Source of the DNA: Prorocentrum cordatum
Lineage: Eukaryota
DNA: 64,000 nucleotides
NCBI GenBank assembly: GCA_963575745.1
Contig: CAUYUJ010000061.1
Coordinates: forward strand, 1-64,000
Reading direction: 5' to 3'
Under the pieces are notes generated by a model. That model did not search any database, was not told the DNA's origin, and was given only the letters and a program-made list of their open reading frames with translations. The position numbers and the translations under genes were made by a program. Position 1 is the first letter of the stretch, and every line of letters starts with the position of its first letter. Shown one piece after another: positions 11,801 to 22,844 of this stretch.

Positions 11801-14800
11801 GCGTGCGGCGCAGGGTGCGAGGCCAGTGTATCTCGGCGGGAAGGATGCCGTGCTCGCCGGGGATCCGCAGCAGGCGCCGCCAATCGGCGATGACCCCCTG
11901 TACCGGATGGGCGCGTATGGGGGGTCTGCGAAGAACAAGCCCAGGGGGGCGGAGCGGACCCCCGACGACGCCTGGAGCACGGACAGGTTAGTGAATAATG
12001 GGAGTTTCGTGCGCGATACGTTCCAGGACGTGGCCGTGCTCCGGCGCGTGCACCGGTGGCGCGGTGAGAAAGAGGGGCTGTCGAAGGAGCGGCAGGCGGA
12101 GTACAGGCAGGATGCTGATCGCTTTTTGGAGGTCACGAAAGGCATGGCGCAGTGCACTTGGGAGCAGCGGGATCATGCGTGGTTGAAGCGCCGGAACAGG
12201 TCGGTGCTGCAAATGACCAAGGAGGGGAGGGAGGAGCTGGCGGCCTTCGAGACGGCCCCGCTGCTGATGGACGGCAGGAAGGATCGGGCCTCGGGTGCAT
12301 GTGGCGCCGATAGAGTGAACATGGAGAGGTTGTACCAGGTAGCCGCTGCGAGTGGTAAGCCCATCGCGGCGTTGCGTGCCTACCACGACAAAAAGGAGAA
12401 AAAGCAGAAGTCTAGGCCAGACCAGATGGCGTCCGAGGACTTCCGCGGACTCGAGAACGAGCTGTACGTCTGCGAAGGGGCCCGCGTGCTGTTGACTCAG
12501 AACCTCTGGGTTGAGGCGGGGCTCATGAACGGGGCGATGGGTACGCTGCGCGGCTACATGTGGCCCGAGGGCGCCGACCCGCACAATGGCGCTCGGCCGG
12601 ATTTGCAGGCGCCCCTTTGCGTGTTCGTCGAGTTCGATGATATCGATCTAGGGACAGACGGGCAGGGTCGGCCGCGGTCGTTTTTCCCGGGAGACGAGGA
12701 GCGGCGGAACTGGGTGCCCATTTGGAGGCAGAGAGTGTCTTCCACCATGGAGGAGGGCGTGTGGCGCGAGAACTACCCGTTGCAGCTGGCATGGGCGTTG
12801 ACGCACTGGAAGGCGCAGGGGATGACGTTGGCGAAAGTCCGCGTGCACCTGTCAGCGAAGACCGCGGCCGTTGCAGGGATCGGTTTCGTCGCCACGACGC
12901 GTGTGAAGCATCCCTGGGACTTGGTGTTCGAGGAGGACCTGCCGGAGTATGCGGACTTCATGAGGGCCAGGCATACGACGGCGTTCCGGGAGCGGCGACG
13001 CTTCGAGTTGCGACTGGAGGCTCGCGCTTCCCGCACGTTGCGGAAATACGGGTACTGCGAGGCGGACTGCTGGACTGAGGAGGAGAAACGCGCGGCGGAG
13101 ACATTGCTGGGTCGTTTGAAGACCGTTGCCGCGGCTCAGGCGGAGAGGTTGAGAGGGGCGGGCAGAGTGGTGGATGAGGACACATGGCTGTGGGGTGAGG
13201 AGGGGCCGCCTTTCGCGTCCGAGCTCGACAGCGCCGTTGCTGCCGAGGCTGGAGAGGACGACGTCGCGGCGCGGCGCCTCCGTGCCGTGGCCGAAAGGCT
13301 TCTGGACCGGAGGCGGGTGCGCTTCGCGACGCGGGAGGAGAAGGGCGCCGCGCGGGATCTGCTTGTTGATGTCGGTGCCCTCGCTGCTTGTGCGTCCCGG
13401 GAGGATTTGCGCGAACGTCTGACGGCTGCTGCCGGGCGCCTGACGCATGAGTCTTCGGGTTCGGGTGACAGGGAGGGGTTCCTGCGCGGCGTGGTCGACT
13501 TGATTGTGGAGCGGTGGGAGGCGTCTGGGGCGTGGGATGAGCGAGTGTTCGATTCCGTGGCTCCGAGCATGGGCCCGCTGCATATGAGCGCCGTGAAGGA
13601 GGCCATGGGCGCGCTGGTGCCCCCGCGCCTGCATAAGAGTTTGGATAAGGCGGCGAAGAGGATGAAGGACGCGTTCGGGGACGTCCGTGGTGGCTGCGCG
13701 CTGCGCATGGACAAGTGGGTCGTGAACGTGCGAGCGGAGAGCGCGCTGGCAGAGGGCAGGCTGGAGGGCCAGGCGCTGGAGTTCTTCTTGAAGGTGGCGA
13801 GGCAGTTGTGCGCGGGGTTGGGGCTGCCGACGACTGTGGCTTCGGCAAAGGTAGGCCGGCACGTTGGTGCGGAGGAGACCCCGGAGCATTTTGCCCGGAT
13901 TGCGCACAATTGGACGAGCGTGTGGGATGCGAACTCCGTGAGTGACAAGCAGGAGTTGCTAATGGTCGTCGCCGTGGACCCACTGAGCGGATCTGGTGTC
14001 GCGCAGGATTGGATGTTTGTGAGTGTTACGTCTGGTCGGCCGGGGGAGGCGCTCGGGCGAGCCGAGTCTCTCGCAGTGCGCGTGCACGATCGGGCCCGCA
14101 GGGAGGACGTGGCAGGGCGAATCGCCCGGAATATCGACGCACTGCTGCGACCGCTCGGTGCCAGTGCTGGGCGGCGCCCGCCGGCGGTGGAGTTCGGGGA
14201 CGCGCCGCGCGTTCGTGTTCCTTCGCAGAGGATCGCCTGCGCGCTCGGGCTTCTGCTGGGCCGTGTCGGGCGCCTGGCGAATGCGGGCGTGCTGGATGCG
14301 TCGGCGGAGTCCTTCGTGCCTGACGTGTGTCGCGTGCTGCGGGGCGCGTTCGCGTCGTTCCGGGCGGGCGTCGGCGCGCGGGGGGCGCGGGATGTCATGG
14401 AGTTGTTGCTTTCGGAGCAGGAATGCCGCGACGTTCTGGGCGCGTTCGGCGTCGTGCCTCGCGCGGGTGCTTCGGCGCCCAGCGCGACGGGCGCGAGCTT
14501 GCCGAGGGCGGCTGTGCCAGGGGAAGCGGCGGGTGAGGCTGGCGAAGAGGAGGGCCTGGAGGGCGCGTCGACGTTGTCGTTTGCCACGTGGAATATCGCT
14601 GGTGGGCATCGCTCGGCCGTGGCGCCGCCCTCCTGGAGCGACCGCGACCAGCGCGCGGCGGTCCTGGGCGAAGTGCTCCGTTGGAGGCAGGCGCGCGGGG
14701 TTGATGTCGTTGCTCTGCAGGAATGCGAGGGCGAGGAGGCGTACAAGGAGCTGGAGGCGGAATTCCAATTGGTTGGCGTGGCCCATGCGCACGAGTCCAG

Positions 14801-17800
14801 GGGGTACGTGCACCTGTACGTGAGGCGCGGTCTGCGCGCGGAAGGCAAGGCTTTGTCAGGGGAGGACCCGTGCGTGCTGTGCCGGGTCGAAGTTCCCGTA
14901 GGCGGGGGCGCGGGCGGCGCGGGGTGGGTGAACGTGGCCGCGGTCCACTTGCCCGCGGGTGCGGCATGGGAGCGGCGTCACGCGATACTTCGGAAGATTA
15001 CGAGGACTTGCGCGGAAGGTTGCGACCGGCTGCTCATTGTGGGCGACATGAACAGCACGGACTCCCAGGTGCAGGCCGCTGTGGAGCAGCTGCGTTTGAA
15101 GGACACCTGGTACGAGGGTCGTTCTTGGGGCTGCCCCGGGAACAAGTTTTACTCGGGTCTCGGCGAGAGGGGGGCTGTCGGACAGAGACGGGACCGGGTC
15201 ATGTTCGGGGCGGAGCTTTGGGCGGAGGTGCATTTGGTAGGGAAGGGGAAAGTGTTCTTCGAGGGCTGCGAATTCCATGTGTCAGACCACTTTGGGCTGT
15301 TCGGGTATGTGCGTGCCCACGCGTGCTTCGGTTCTCGCGAGCATAAGATGAGGGCCCTGGCGCAACGCTGCCGGCTCGCGCTCCAGGCGACGCGCGATCG
15401 GTCGCACCGGCTGGAGGGTGCCGAGGTCCAGAATCGGTTGCAGCAGGGGCGGGAGGCTGCGGCCTTGGCGAGGCAGCAGGCGCAGGACCGAAACCGGGAG
15501 GCGTACTTGCGAACGCAGCAACGCGAGGCAGCCCGAAGACAGCGCCGTCGGGAAGAGCTGGTGTCCGCGGCGTTCGGGCCGCAGAGTTTGTTCGCGTCGG
15601 AGCGCCCGGCTCAGCCTCCGCCGAGCCCTGGAGAGATGGACGTGCCTCGCGTGGATGGTATTCGCGCGGCTTCGTGGGACAGCGTGAGTAGCGTGCCCGT
15701 CCGTGGGATGCCGCGGCCTGGGCATTCTTGCTACGTGGTCAGCGTGACGCAGCTGATGCTGCGGACGCCTGCCGTCTGGGAGTGGCTTCGATGGCACGCG
15801 GAGGGCGATTGCGAGGAGAGGGCCAGTGGGCGTTGCTGCGTCTGCGGGATGTGGGACACGCACAATCAGTTGGTGTCGCGACGCTGGCAGGGCGGACCCG
15901 TGAGCGTGCGGCGGCGAACGAATGTTGATAGCGAGGACGTTTTCCTCGGGCAGCCCAGTGAGTTCGACAACGAGTGGCAGCAGCATGATGTGTTTGCGTA
16001 TTGGGGTAAGCTGATGTCGGCTGCGCGCCGCGGAGAGGAGTTGGCCGGACGCTTTGCGTCGTGGGACCCCGAGAGCATTCGTGCGACGAACATGCGCGTG
16101 ACGCACGTGGATCGGATGTTCGGGTTTGTGATGGAGAAGCGGCAGAAATGCCGTCAGTGCGGGCACTTGTCCGTCTCGTACGAGGCGGAGGATGTTCTGA
16201 AGCTGCGGGTCCACGCGCGGCCCGGCGGGCCGATGATGTTGTCGGAAATGTACTCCGACTTTTGCGCGCCTGAACAAGTTGAGAAGAGCTGCCCAGCGTG
16301 TTGCCGCGCGGATGCCGACCGGGTTTGGCACGACCAGCAGACGCGACTCACGGGCGTGCCGCGCGTTTTGGTGGTTCAATTGAGGAGGGGCCATGAGGCG
16401 CGGCAGCCCGTGTGGGTCGAAGAGCAACTGAGGCTGCATGGGCTTCCCCAGATGCAGCTGGTTGGCGTTGTGTACCACAATGGGCAAACAGTGCATACCG
16501 GTCACTATACGACGTTGTGCCGCGTCCCTGACGGGGGCTACGTTTTGTTTGACGACGACAAGCCGCCGCGCAGGATGCGAGGCGAGCCGGCGCACGTGAA
16601 GCCGAAGGAGGCGTACATGGCGGTGTACTGTCGCATGGGGCGCAGTCAGGGGCAGAGCGCCGACGCGGGGGCACCAGGGGTTGGCGGGGCGCCAGATGAG
16701 CAGAGCGGTGGAGGGGGGGGCGGGGCAGGCATCGGGGGTGTGGGAGCTGGCGGGAGTGAGGTGACTGGCGTCGGTGGCGGTGGCGCCGGCGGCGCGAGCG
16801 CCTCGGGTCTCGGCGCGCGTTGCCGCGCTGCGGGGCGGCAGCCTGCAGAGGTCGCGGCGGAGAGCGAGGCGGGGTCGAGCGTGCGGGCGCCGGTGCCGGT
16901 CCGGGCGGGTGCCCCGCTTACGCCGGAGCGCGAAGGGGGCGATGGTGTCCTCAGCTCGCCGGCCACGGCCAGGCGCGTGCGGCGGAAGACTCCGGCTTCG
17001 CCGTCCGGGGAGATGCGCGGCGTCGATGCCGGCGGGGTCGCCGGGAGTGGCGCGGCGACGGCGAAGGGCGGGGTGCTCGGCGCCGCGCGTGCCGTGGGCG
17101 CGGCGGGCGGCCCGGGCGCGAGCGGCGGGGTCGCTGCGGGGTTGGGCTCTGTGCGCGGCGGAGGAGGGGGAGGGGGAGGAGGAGGGGGAGGTGCGGGACG
17201 AGGAGGGGGAGGTGTGCGAGGAGGTGGAGGAGGGGGTGGAGGGGGGTGGGCCGCGGGCTCGCCCGTCGGGGCTGCGCCGCATTCCGCAGCGAGGCGCGCG
17301 CGGAGGAAGAGGGCGGCGTCGCCGTCTGGCGCGGGCTGCGCCTCCGCTGGCGACGGAGTCGGTGGTCGCGCCGAGACGAGGCTGGGTGGCGGCGCCAATG
17401 GCGCGGTAGAGTCTGGGGACGTTGGCGGAGGGAACGATGGTGCCGCTGGGAGAGATGCGCGAGGTGGGGGCGGCCTTGCGAAGCTGCGTGCGGGCGGCAA
17501 AGGCCGCGGCAAAGCGGGGGGGCACGCGGCTGCGTCGGGCGACGCAGAGGTGGCTGTGGAGGAGCCGGGAGTCTGCGCGGGGAGAGGATTGCCGGGGGCG
17601 GCCAGGGCGTCCGCGCCAGGGGGGAGAAAGCCGGAGACTGTGCCAGAGGCAGTGGCTCCGCGCAGGTCTGCCCGGCTGGCGGCGCAATCTGCGCCTGGCG
17701 CGGTCGCGGGTGAGGGGGCGGGGGCGGGCGAGGGCGCGTTTGTTCGCGCGGGGGTGCTGCTGCGCCCGAAGCGCGTGGAGCGGGCGGAATCTTCGCGCGG

Positions 17801-17999
17801 AGGCGGCGCCGACCGAGTGGTGACAGGTTTCGGTTCAGAAAGGGTCGAGGACTTGGCTGCTTTCCAGCGCGGCCGCGCTCGGGCGGATGCGACGCGCGCG
17901 TCGCAGCGGGTGTCGGGGGGGACCCGGGGGTTGGCCGTGGACATGCAGGGGAATGAGCTGGATCGGTCGGCGGGGTCCGCCTGGCATTCGGGCCGATAG
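5836..17999 (+). CDS. Helentron RepHel polyprotein: Helitron N-terminal region, HUH Rep, PIF1-family SF1B helicase, AP/EEP endonuclease, USP/C19 peptidase
   Basis: AFPLEFPMGIGD; Rep motifs PSIWWTQN (~8256), ECGAGGNLHYHG (~8526-8561), YVTKYATK (9792-9815); Walker A GVAGTGKS (11382), APTG, DEMSM (~11721), GDPQQAPPI, LAWALTHWKAQGMTL (~12786); EN TWNI/LQE/GDMN/SDH (14580-15300); USP GHSCY, QQHD, GHY, FDD, AYMAVY (15705-16630). Confidence 0.92.
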
Positions 18000-18049
18000 G
18001 ACAGGGCTGGGCAAGGATTTTGGGTTTCGAAGAGGGAATGAAGGGGAGG

Positions 18050-18080
18050 AGTGTGTGTGTGTGTGTGTGTGCGTGCGTGC

Positions 18081-18120
<40 letters not shown>

Positions 18121-18449
18121 TGGGTGGGGTGGGGTGGAGGGGGGGGGGGGGATGGGATTGGATGGGGGGTGGGGTGGGGGTTGGGGGGGGGGCGAGGGAG
18201 GGCGGGGGGGGGGGGCGCTGAATGAAGCAAGGCTGTGCTGCGAGTTGCGACGGACTGGAGCGGAGGCATGGCTGGCCCCGTAGTGCGGCGGTCCCTCCCC
18301 CCTCTGGAGCGCTGGCGCGGAGAGGGGGGTGCGTTGGTTGGAAGGGCTGGATCTCCGCGCTGCGGCGCCGATCGAGTGGTGCATGGCAGTAGTCAGCGCG
18401 GAGATGGGGAGGAATGCGCTGAATCCAGCGGCGTTGCCCGTGTAATGTG

Positions 18450-18492
<43 letters not shown>

Positions 18493-18511
18493 GTCTGTGC
18501 GTGTTTGTGTG

Positions 18512-18549
<38 letters not shown>

Positions 18550-18614
18550 TGCGTGTGCGTGTGTGTGCGTGCGTGTGTGTGTGTGTGTGTGTGTGCGTGT
18601 GTCTGTGCGTGTTT

Positions 18615-18656
<42 letters not shown>

Positions 18657-18657
18657 G

Positions 18658-18700
<43 letters not shown>

Positions 18701-19105
18701 TCACGGCGCTGGCGCCGCCTGCGCCCCCCTCCCCTCCTCCCCCCCCCGCCCTTTCCTCCGGCGCTCCGCGAGGGCGGAGTGGTTGGAGTGGAGGGAGGGC
18801 CGGCCCCGAAATGGGGCGGTGCCTCCCCCCTCCGGAGCGCCGGCAGGGAGGGCGGGGGGGGGGGGGGGGCGCGCGGAGGCGGCAGAGGGTCGCGGGGGTG
18901 GAGAGCGCTGACCAGCGTGGGGATCGGTTTGTAAGGGCGACGTCATCAGTGTGTCCGTGTCCGTGGGTGTTGTGTGTGTCTGTGTGTGTCTGTGTGTGTT
19001 GTGCGTCTGGGAGGTGTGTGTGCTCGTGTGTGTGTGTGTGTGTGCGTGCCTGTGTCTGTCTTTGTCCGTGTGTGTATGTGTGTGTGTGTGTGTGTGCGTG
19101 CGTGC

Positions 19106-19141
<36 letters not shown>

Positions 19142-20191
19142 GTGTGTGTGTGTGTGTGTGCGTTTGTGTGCGTGTGTGTGTGTGTGTGTGCGCGTGCGTG
19201 TGTGTGTGTGTGTGTGTGTGCTCGTCTTTGTATGCGTTTATGTGCATGTGTGTGTGCGTGTGTGTATGCGTGCAAGTGTGATTATGTGTGTGTGCGCGCG
19301 CGTGTGTGTGTGTGTCTGCGTGTGTATGTGTGCGTGTGTGCATGTGTGTGCGTGTGTGTGTCTGCGTGTGTGTGTGTGTGCTTGTGCGCGTCTGTGTGTG
19401 TGTGTGTGCGTGTGTGTTTATGTTTGCGTGTGTGTGGATGTGCGTCTGTGCTTGTTTACGTGTGCGTGTATGCGCATGTGCTTGCGCGTGTGTGTGTGTG
19501 TGTGTGTGTCGGGTGCGTGTGCGTATGTGTGTGTGTGTGTGCGTGTGTGTGTGCGTGCGTGTGTGTGTGTGTGTGTGTGTGTGCGTGCGTGCGTGCGTGG
19601 GTGTGCGTGTGTATGTGTGCGTCTCTGTGCATGTGTGTGCGTGTGTGTGCGTGTGTGTGTGTGCGTGTGTGTATGTGTGTTTGTGCGCGTCTGTGTGTGT
19701 GTGTGTGTGTGCGGGTGTGTTTATGTTTGCGTGTATGTGCATGTGTGTGTGTGTGTGTGCGTGTTTACGTGTGCGTGTATGCGCATGTGCTTGCTTGCGT
19801 GTGTGTGTGTGTGTGTGTGTGTCGGTTGCGTGTGCGTGTGTGTGTGCGTGTGTGTGCGTGTGTGTGTGCGTGGGTGTGCGTGTGTGCGTGTGTGTGTGCG
19901 TGCGCGCACGGTGCTGGCGCCGCCTGCGCCCCCCTCCCCTCCTCCCCCTCCGCCCTTTCCTCCGGCGCTCCGCGAGGGCGGAGTGGACGGAGTGGAGGGA
20001 GGGCCGGCCCCGACATGGGGCGGTGCCTCCCCCCTCCGGAGCGACGGCGGGAAGAGCGGGGGGGCGGGGCGCGCAGGGGCGGCAGGGGGGTCGCGGGGGC
20101 GGAGAGCGCTAACCAGTGTGGGGATCGGTGTGTAAGTGCGACGTCGTCAGTGTGTCCGTGTCTGTGGATTGCGGGTGTGTGTGTGTGTGTG

Positions 20192-20223
<32 letters not shown>

Positions 20224-20630
20224 CGTGTGCGTGTGCGTGTCTGGCAGGTGTGTGTGGGCGCGCGTGTGTGTGTGTGTGGCTGTGTCTGCGTTTGTCTGTT
20301 TGTGTGTGTGTGTGTGTGAGCGTGTGTGTGTGCGTTTGTGTGCGTGTGTGCGCGCGCGGTGCTGGCGCCGCCCGCGCCCCCCCCCCCCCCCTCCCCCCCC
20401 TCCCCATCCTCCCTCCCCCCCGGCGCTCCGCGAGGGCGGAGTGGTTGGAGTGGAGGGAGGGCCGGCCCCGACATGGGGCGGTGCCTCCCCCCTCCGGAGC
20501 GCCGGCGGGAAGGGGGGGGGCGGGGTGCGCGGGGGCGCGAGGATTTCGCGGGGGATTGAGAGCGCTGAGCAGCGGGGGGATGGGTTTGTGAGTGCGAAGG
20601 CGTCGGTCCGTCTGTATCTGTAGATGTTTG

Positions 20631-20661
<31 letters not shown>

Positions 20662-20782
20662 CTGGCAGGCATGTGTGTGTGTGTGTGCGTGTGTGTGTGT
20701 GTGGCCGCGTCTGTGTGTATGTGTGTGTGTGCGTGTGCGTGTGGGTGTGTCTGTGTCTGTGTCTGTGTTAGTGTCTGTATGC

Positions 20783-20813
<31 letters not shown>

Positions 20814-21020
20814 TGCTTGTTTTTTTTTGTGTGTGTGTGTGTGTTTGAGTGCGTGTGTGTGCGTGTGTGTGTGCGTGTGTGTGTGTGTGTGTGTGCGCGT
20901 GCGTGTGTGTGCATGTGTGTGCGTGAGGGGTGCCGGTGCGTGAGTGAGCGCGCGTGGTTGTGAGTGCGTGCGCGCGTGAGATTGTATTTATTCGCGTGCG
21001 CGCGTATGTGCGTGCGCGCG
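18050..21020 (+). repeat. Compound (TG)n/(TGCG)n microsatellite tract with three interspersed copies of a ~250-bp GC-rich unit
   Basis: Long TG runs; the GC unit recurs at ~18700-18960, ~19908-20165 and ~20355-20620. Confidence 0.95.
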
Positions 21021-21270
21021 CTCGTGCCCGGTGCGTTGCCGCGCCGGCTGACGTCGATCCTATTTTCGCATGCTTGTCCATCTGTACATGTCTACATACA
21101 GGTGCGCTGCCACGGAAGCATCGCTCTCGCGCGCTGGAAGACGCCTTGAAACTCATACATGTATGTGTTCATTCTATTATTGGAAATAAATTCACCGTGC
21201 GCATTCCAGAGATATGCATGGACTTATGACACGTGGCTAGGAGCTCTACGAGGTAGCCATTTTGGCTCAA

Positions 21271-21306
21271 GGAAGCTCTACGAGGTGTCCGGCGGTAACC
21301 TGGTTG
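21271..21306 (+). other. Helentron 3' subTIR, left hairpin arm and loop (LINE target; right arm displaced to 27051-27083)
   Basis: GGAAGCTCTACGAGGTGTCCGGCGGTAACCTGGTTG matches intact ends such as 44419-44476. Confidence 0.9.
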
Positions 21307-21698
21307 TGCAGAGCTTACCTCCTGCTCAGCCTGGCCTCACCGCTGGGGTCCCCTCGTCTCGAGCTGCATTGTGCAGTAGGGAGTCTTCGGTTCCACATAC
21401 TGTACACGGAAGGCGGAAGCGCGGGAATCGAAATCTGGCGGGGCATTCCTTCACAACGTGGTTCCACATACTGTACACGGTGCTTCAGAGCCTGTTTTGC
21501 CTGAGTACCGCGGGTGCACATATCAGATTGTTTCTCCGTATTGCTCCAGTGGTGGGGAACTCTCAATACTTTGGGATTGATTCTTGCCAGAGCTTGTCAG
21601 TTTTGCTCCCTGTGCACATTTCTGTGGACTCTGTCACACGTGTGTTCATTGAAGTTGGCCACAATATACAACTCCGTCGCACGAGTGCCCATTAGAGT

Positions 21699-22820
21699 AT
21701 GGCGCTTCCAGTGTCGGGCAGCCGGCGCAAGAGAGAAGACGACGGGGCTGAGGGCATGGACGCTGAGAATGTACTAGATGCTGATATCCACGGATTGGCT
21801 TTTGATGAACAGAATCCCATGAAGCAATTCTTCGAACTGGGAAAGCAGCAACTGCAGCAGCAAAGAATTACTGACCGCAAGGTGACAGGCATGGTTAACG
21901 ATATGGCTACCATGCAACGACGGCAGGATAGTGCTGAACGACGAATGGCTGAAGGCCAGGCTCAGATGGATAAACGAATGACAGATCTTGAGAAGCAGGT
22001 CTTAGAGCTCAAGTCGCATACTGCTGCAGGTTCTGGGGCATCCACTGGTGCTACTTCTGCTGGCTTTGGGGGTGAGGCGACTTGGCCAAACGAGAGCAGG
22101 CGTCCATTCCGAGCCTTCAATCCAGAGTGGATCGATTTTCGTGGATGGGTGATTGACTGGAGTAATCCGATTCGACGGTCAGAGCAAATGATTTCAGATC
22201 GGGACGTGGGCATTCTCATTCACAACTTGAAGATGAGCCTTCCAGAGGATGACCGTGCGAAGATTGACGAGCTTGGTACGCTTCGTATGAATGGGAATCG
22301 TCCCAACTACGCAAACTTCCGCATCAAGTTTACCACTGGTACTGAGTCAGACGTACTCTGGAGGTGCAAAAAGTTTTGGGAAGAAGCTCTGATACCGCCT
22401 GAGGATCGAACTGAGGAGCAAAGGTCTCTTGCCCGTCCGACACCACAGGATCTTTTCAAAGACATGGACAACAGACCGTGTGCGGCTGGAGGCTCCATTC
22501 GGATCAAGACACAGGCACCGCCATGGAAAGAGGACCACATCAATGCTGTTGGCAGATTCCATGGTGTGTGGCGCGATACGGTCGTTGCGAGGAATCCTGA
22601 TACGCCAATGAAGATCAAGGGAGTGCCTGGGAGTGGAAAGGGGGTCAGTGTGATGTGGACCATTCCCCCATGTCTCCGTACCAAAAGAAGCATGGAGCTG
22701 GCCAAGTGGAAACAGGATACGGGCACTTGGACTGTTGATCAGACGGTCTGGAACGAAGTTGTCATGACATACGGCATCGCCACGACCCACAAAGAAATGG
22801 AGGATGCACTCGGACAATGA
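21699..22820 (+). CDS. LINE ORF1 protein (coiled coil + unknown globular domain), 373 aa
   Basis: ATG start; heptad-like N-terminal segment; blocks shared with family 2 ORF1 (NPMKQxF, FxP..GW, PWKxxHxxAVGR). Confidence 0.85.
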   Translation: MALPVSGSRRKREDDGAEGMDAENVLDADIHGLAFDEQNPMKQFFELGKQQLQQQRITDRKVTGMVNDMATMQRRQDSAERRMAEGQAQMDKRMTDLEKQVLELKSHTAAGSGASTGATSAGFGGEATWPNESRRPFRAFNPEWIDFRGWVIDWSNPIRRSEQMISDRDVGILIHNLKMSLPEDDRAKIDELGTLRMNGNRPNYANFRIKFTTGTESDVLWRCKKFWEEALIPPEDRTEEQRSLARPTPQDLFKDMDNRPCAAGGSIRIKTQAPPWKEDHINAVGRFHGVWRDTVVARNPDTPMKIKGVPGSGKGVSVMWTIPPCLRTKRSMELAKWKQDTGTWTVDQTVWNEVVMTYGIATTHKEMEDALGQ

Positions 22821-22844
22821 GGGTGCTGCGAGAGATCCAAAAGC

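Noticed and set aside
427..17944. Long minus-strand and alternate-frame ORFs (e.g. 2365..5832, 5442..8558, 15282..17687)
   Set aside because: Shadows of a very GC-rich coding strand; no recognisable motifs.
17835..21156. Long CVCV/HTHT ORFs on both strands
   Set aside because: Translations of (TG)n microsatellite, which lacks stop codons.
21308..21410. U1 snRNA (CTTACCT) or HDV-ribozyme identity for the leader
   Set aside because: Only short matches; no Sm site or U1 stems, and I could not build HDV P1/P2 pairings. Kept as an unclassified structured leader.
22818..22830. Selenocysteine decoding of the ORF1 UGA
   Set aside because: No SECIS recognised in the 3' UTRs and no redox-fold context; ordinary readthrough is simpler.
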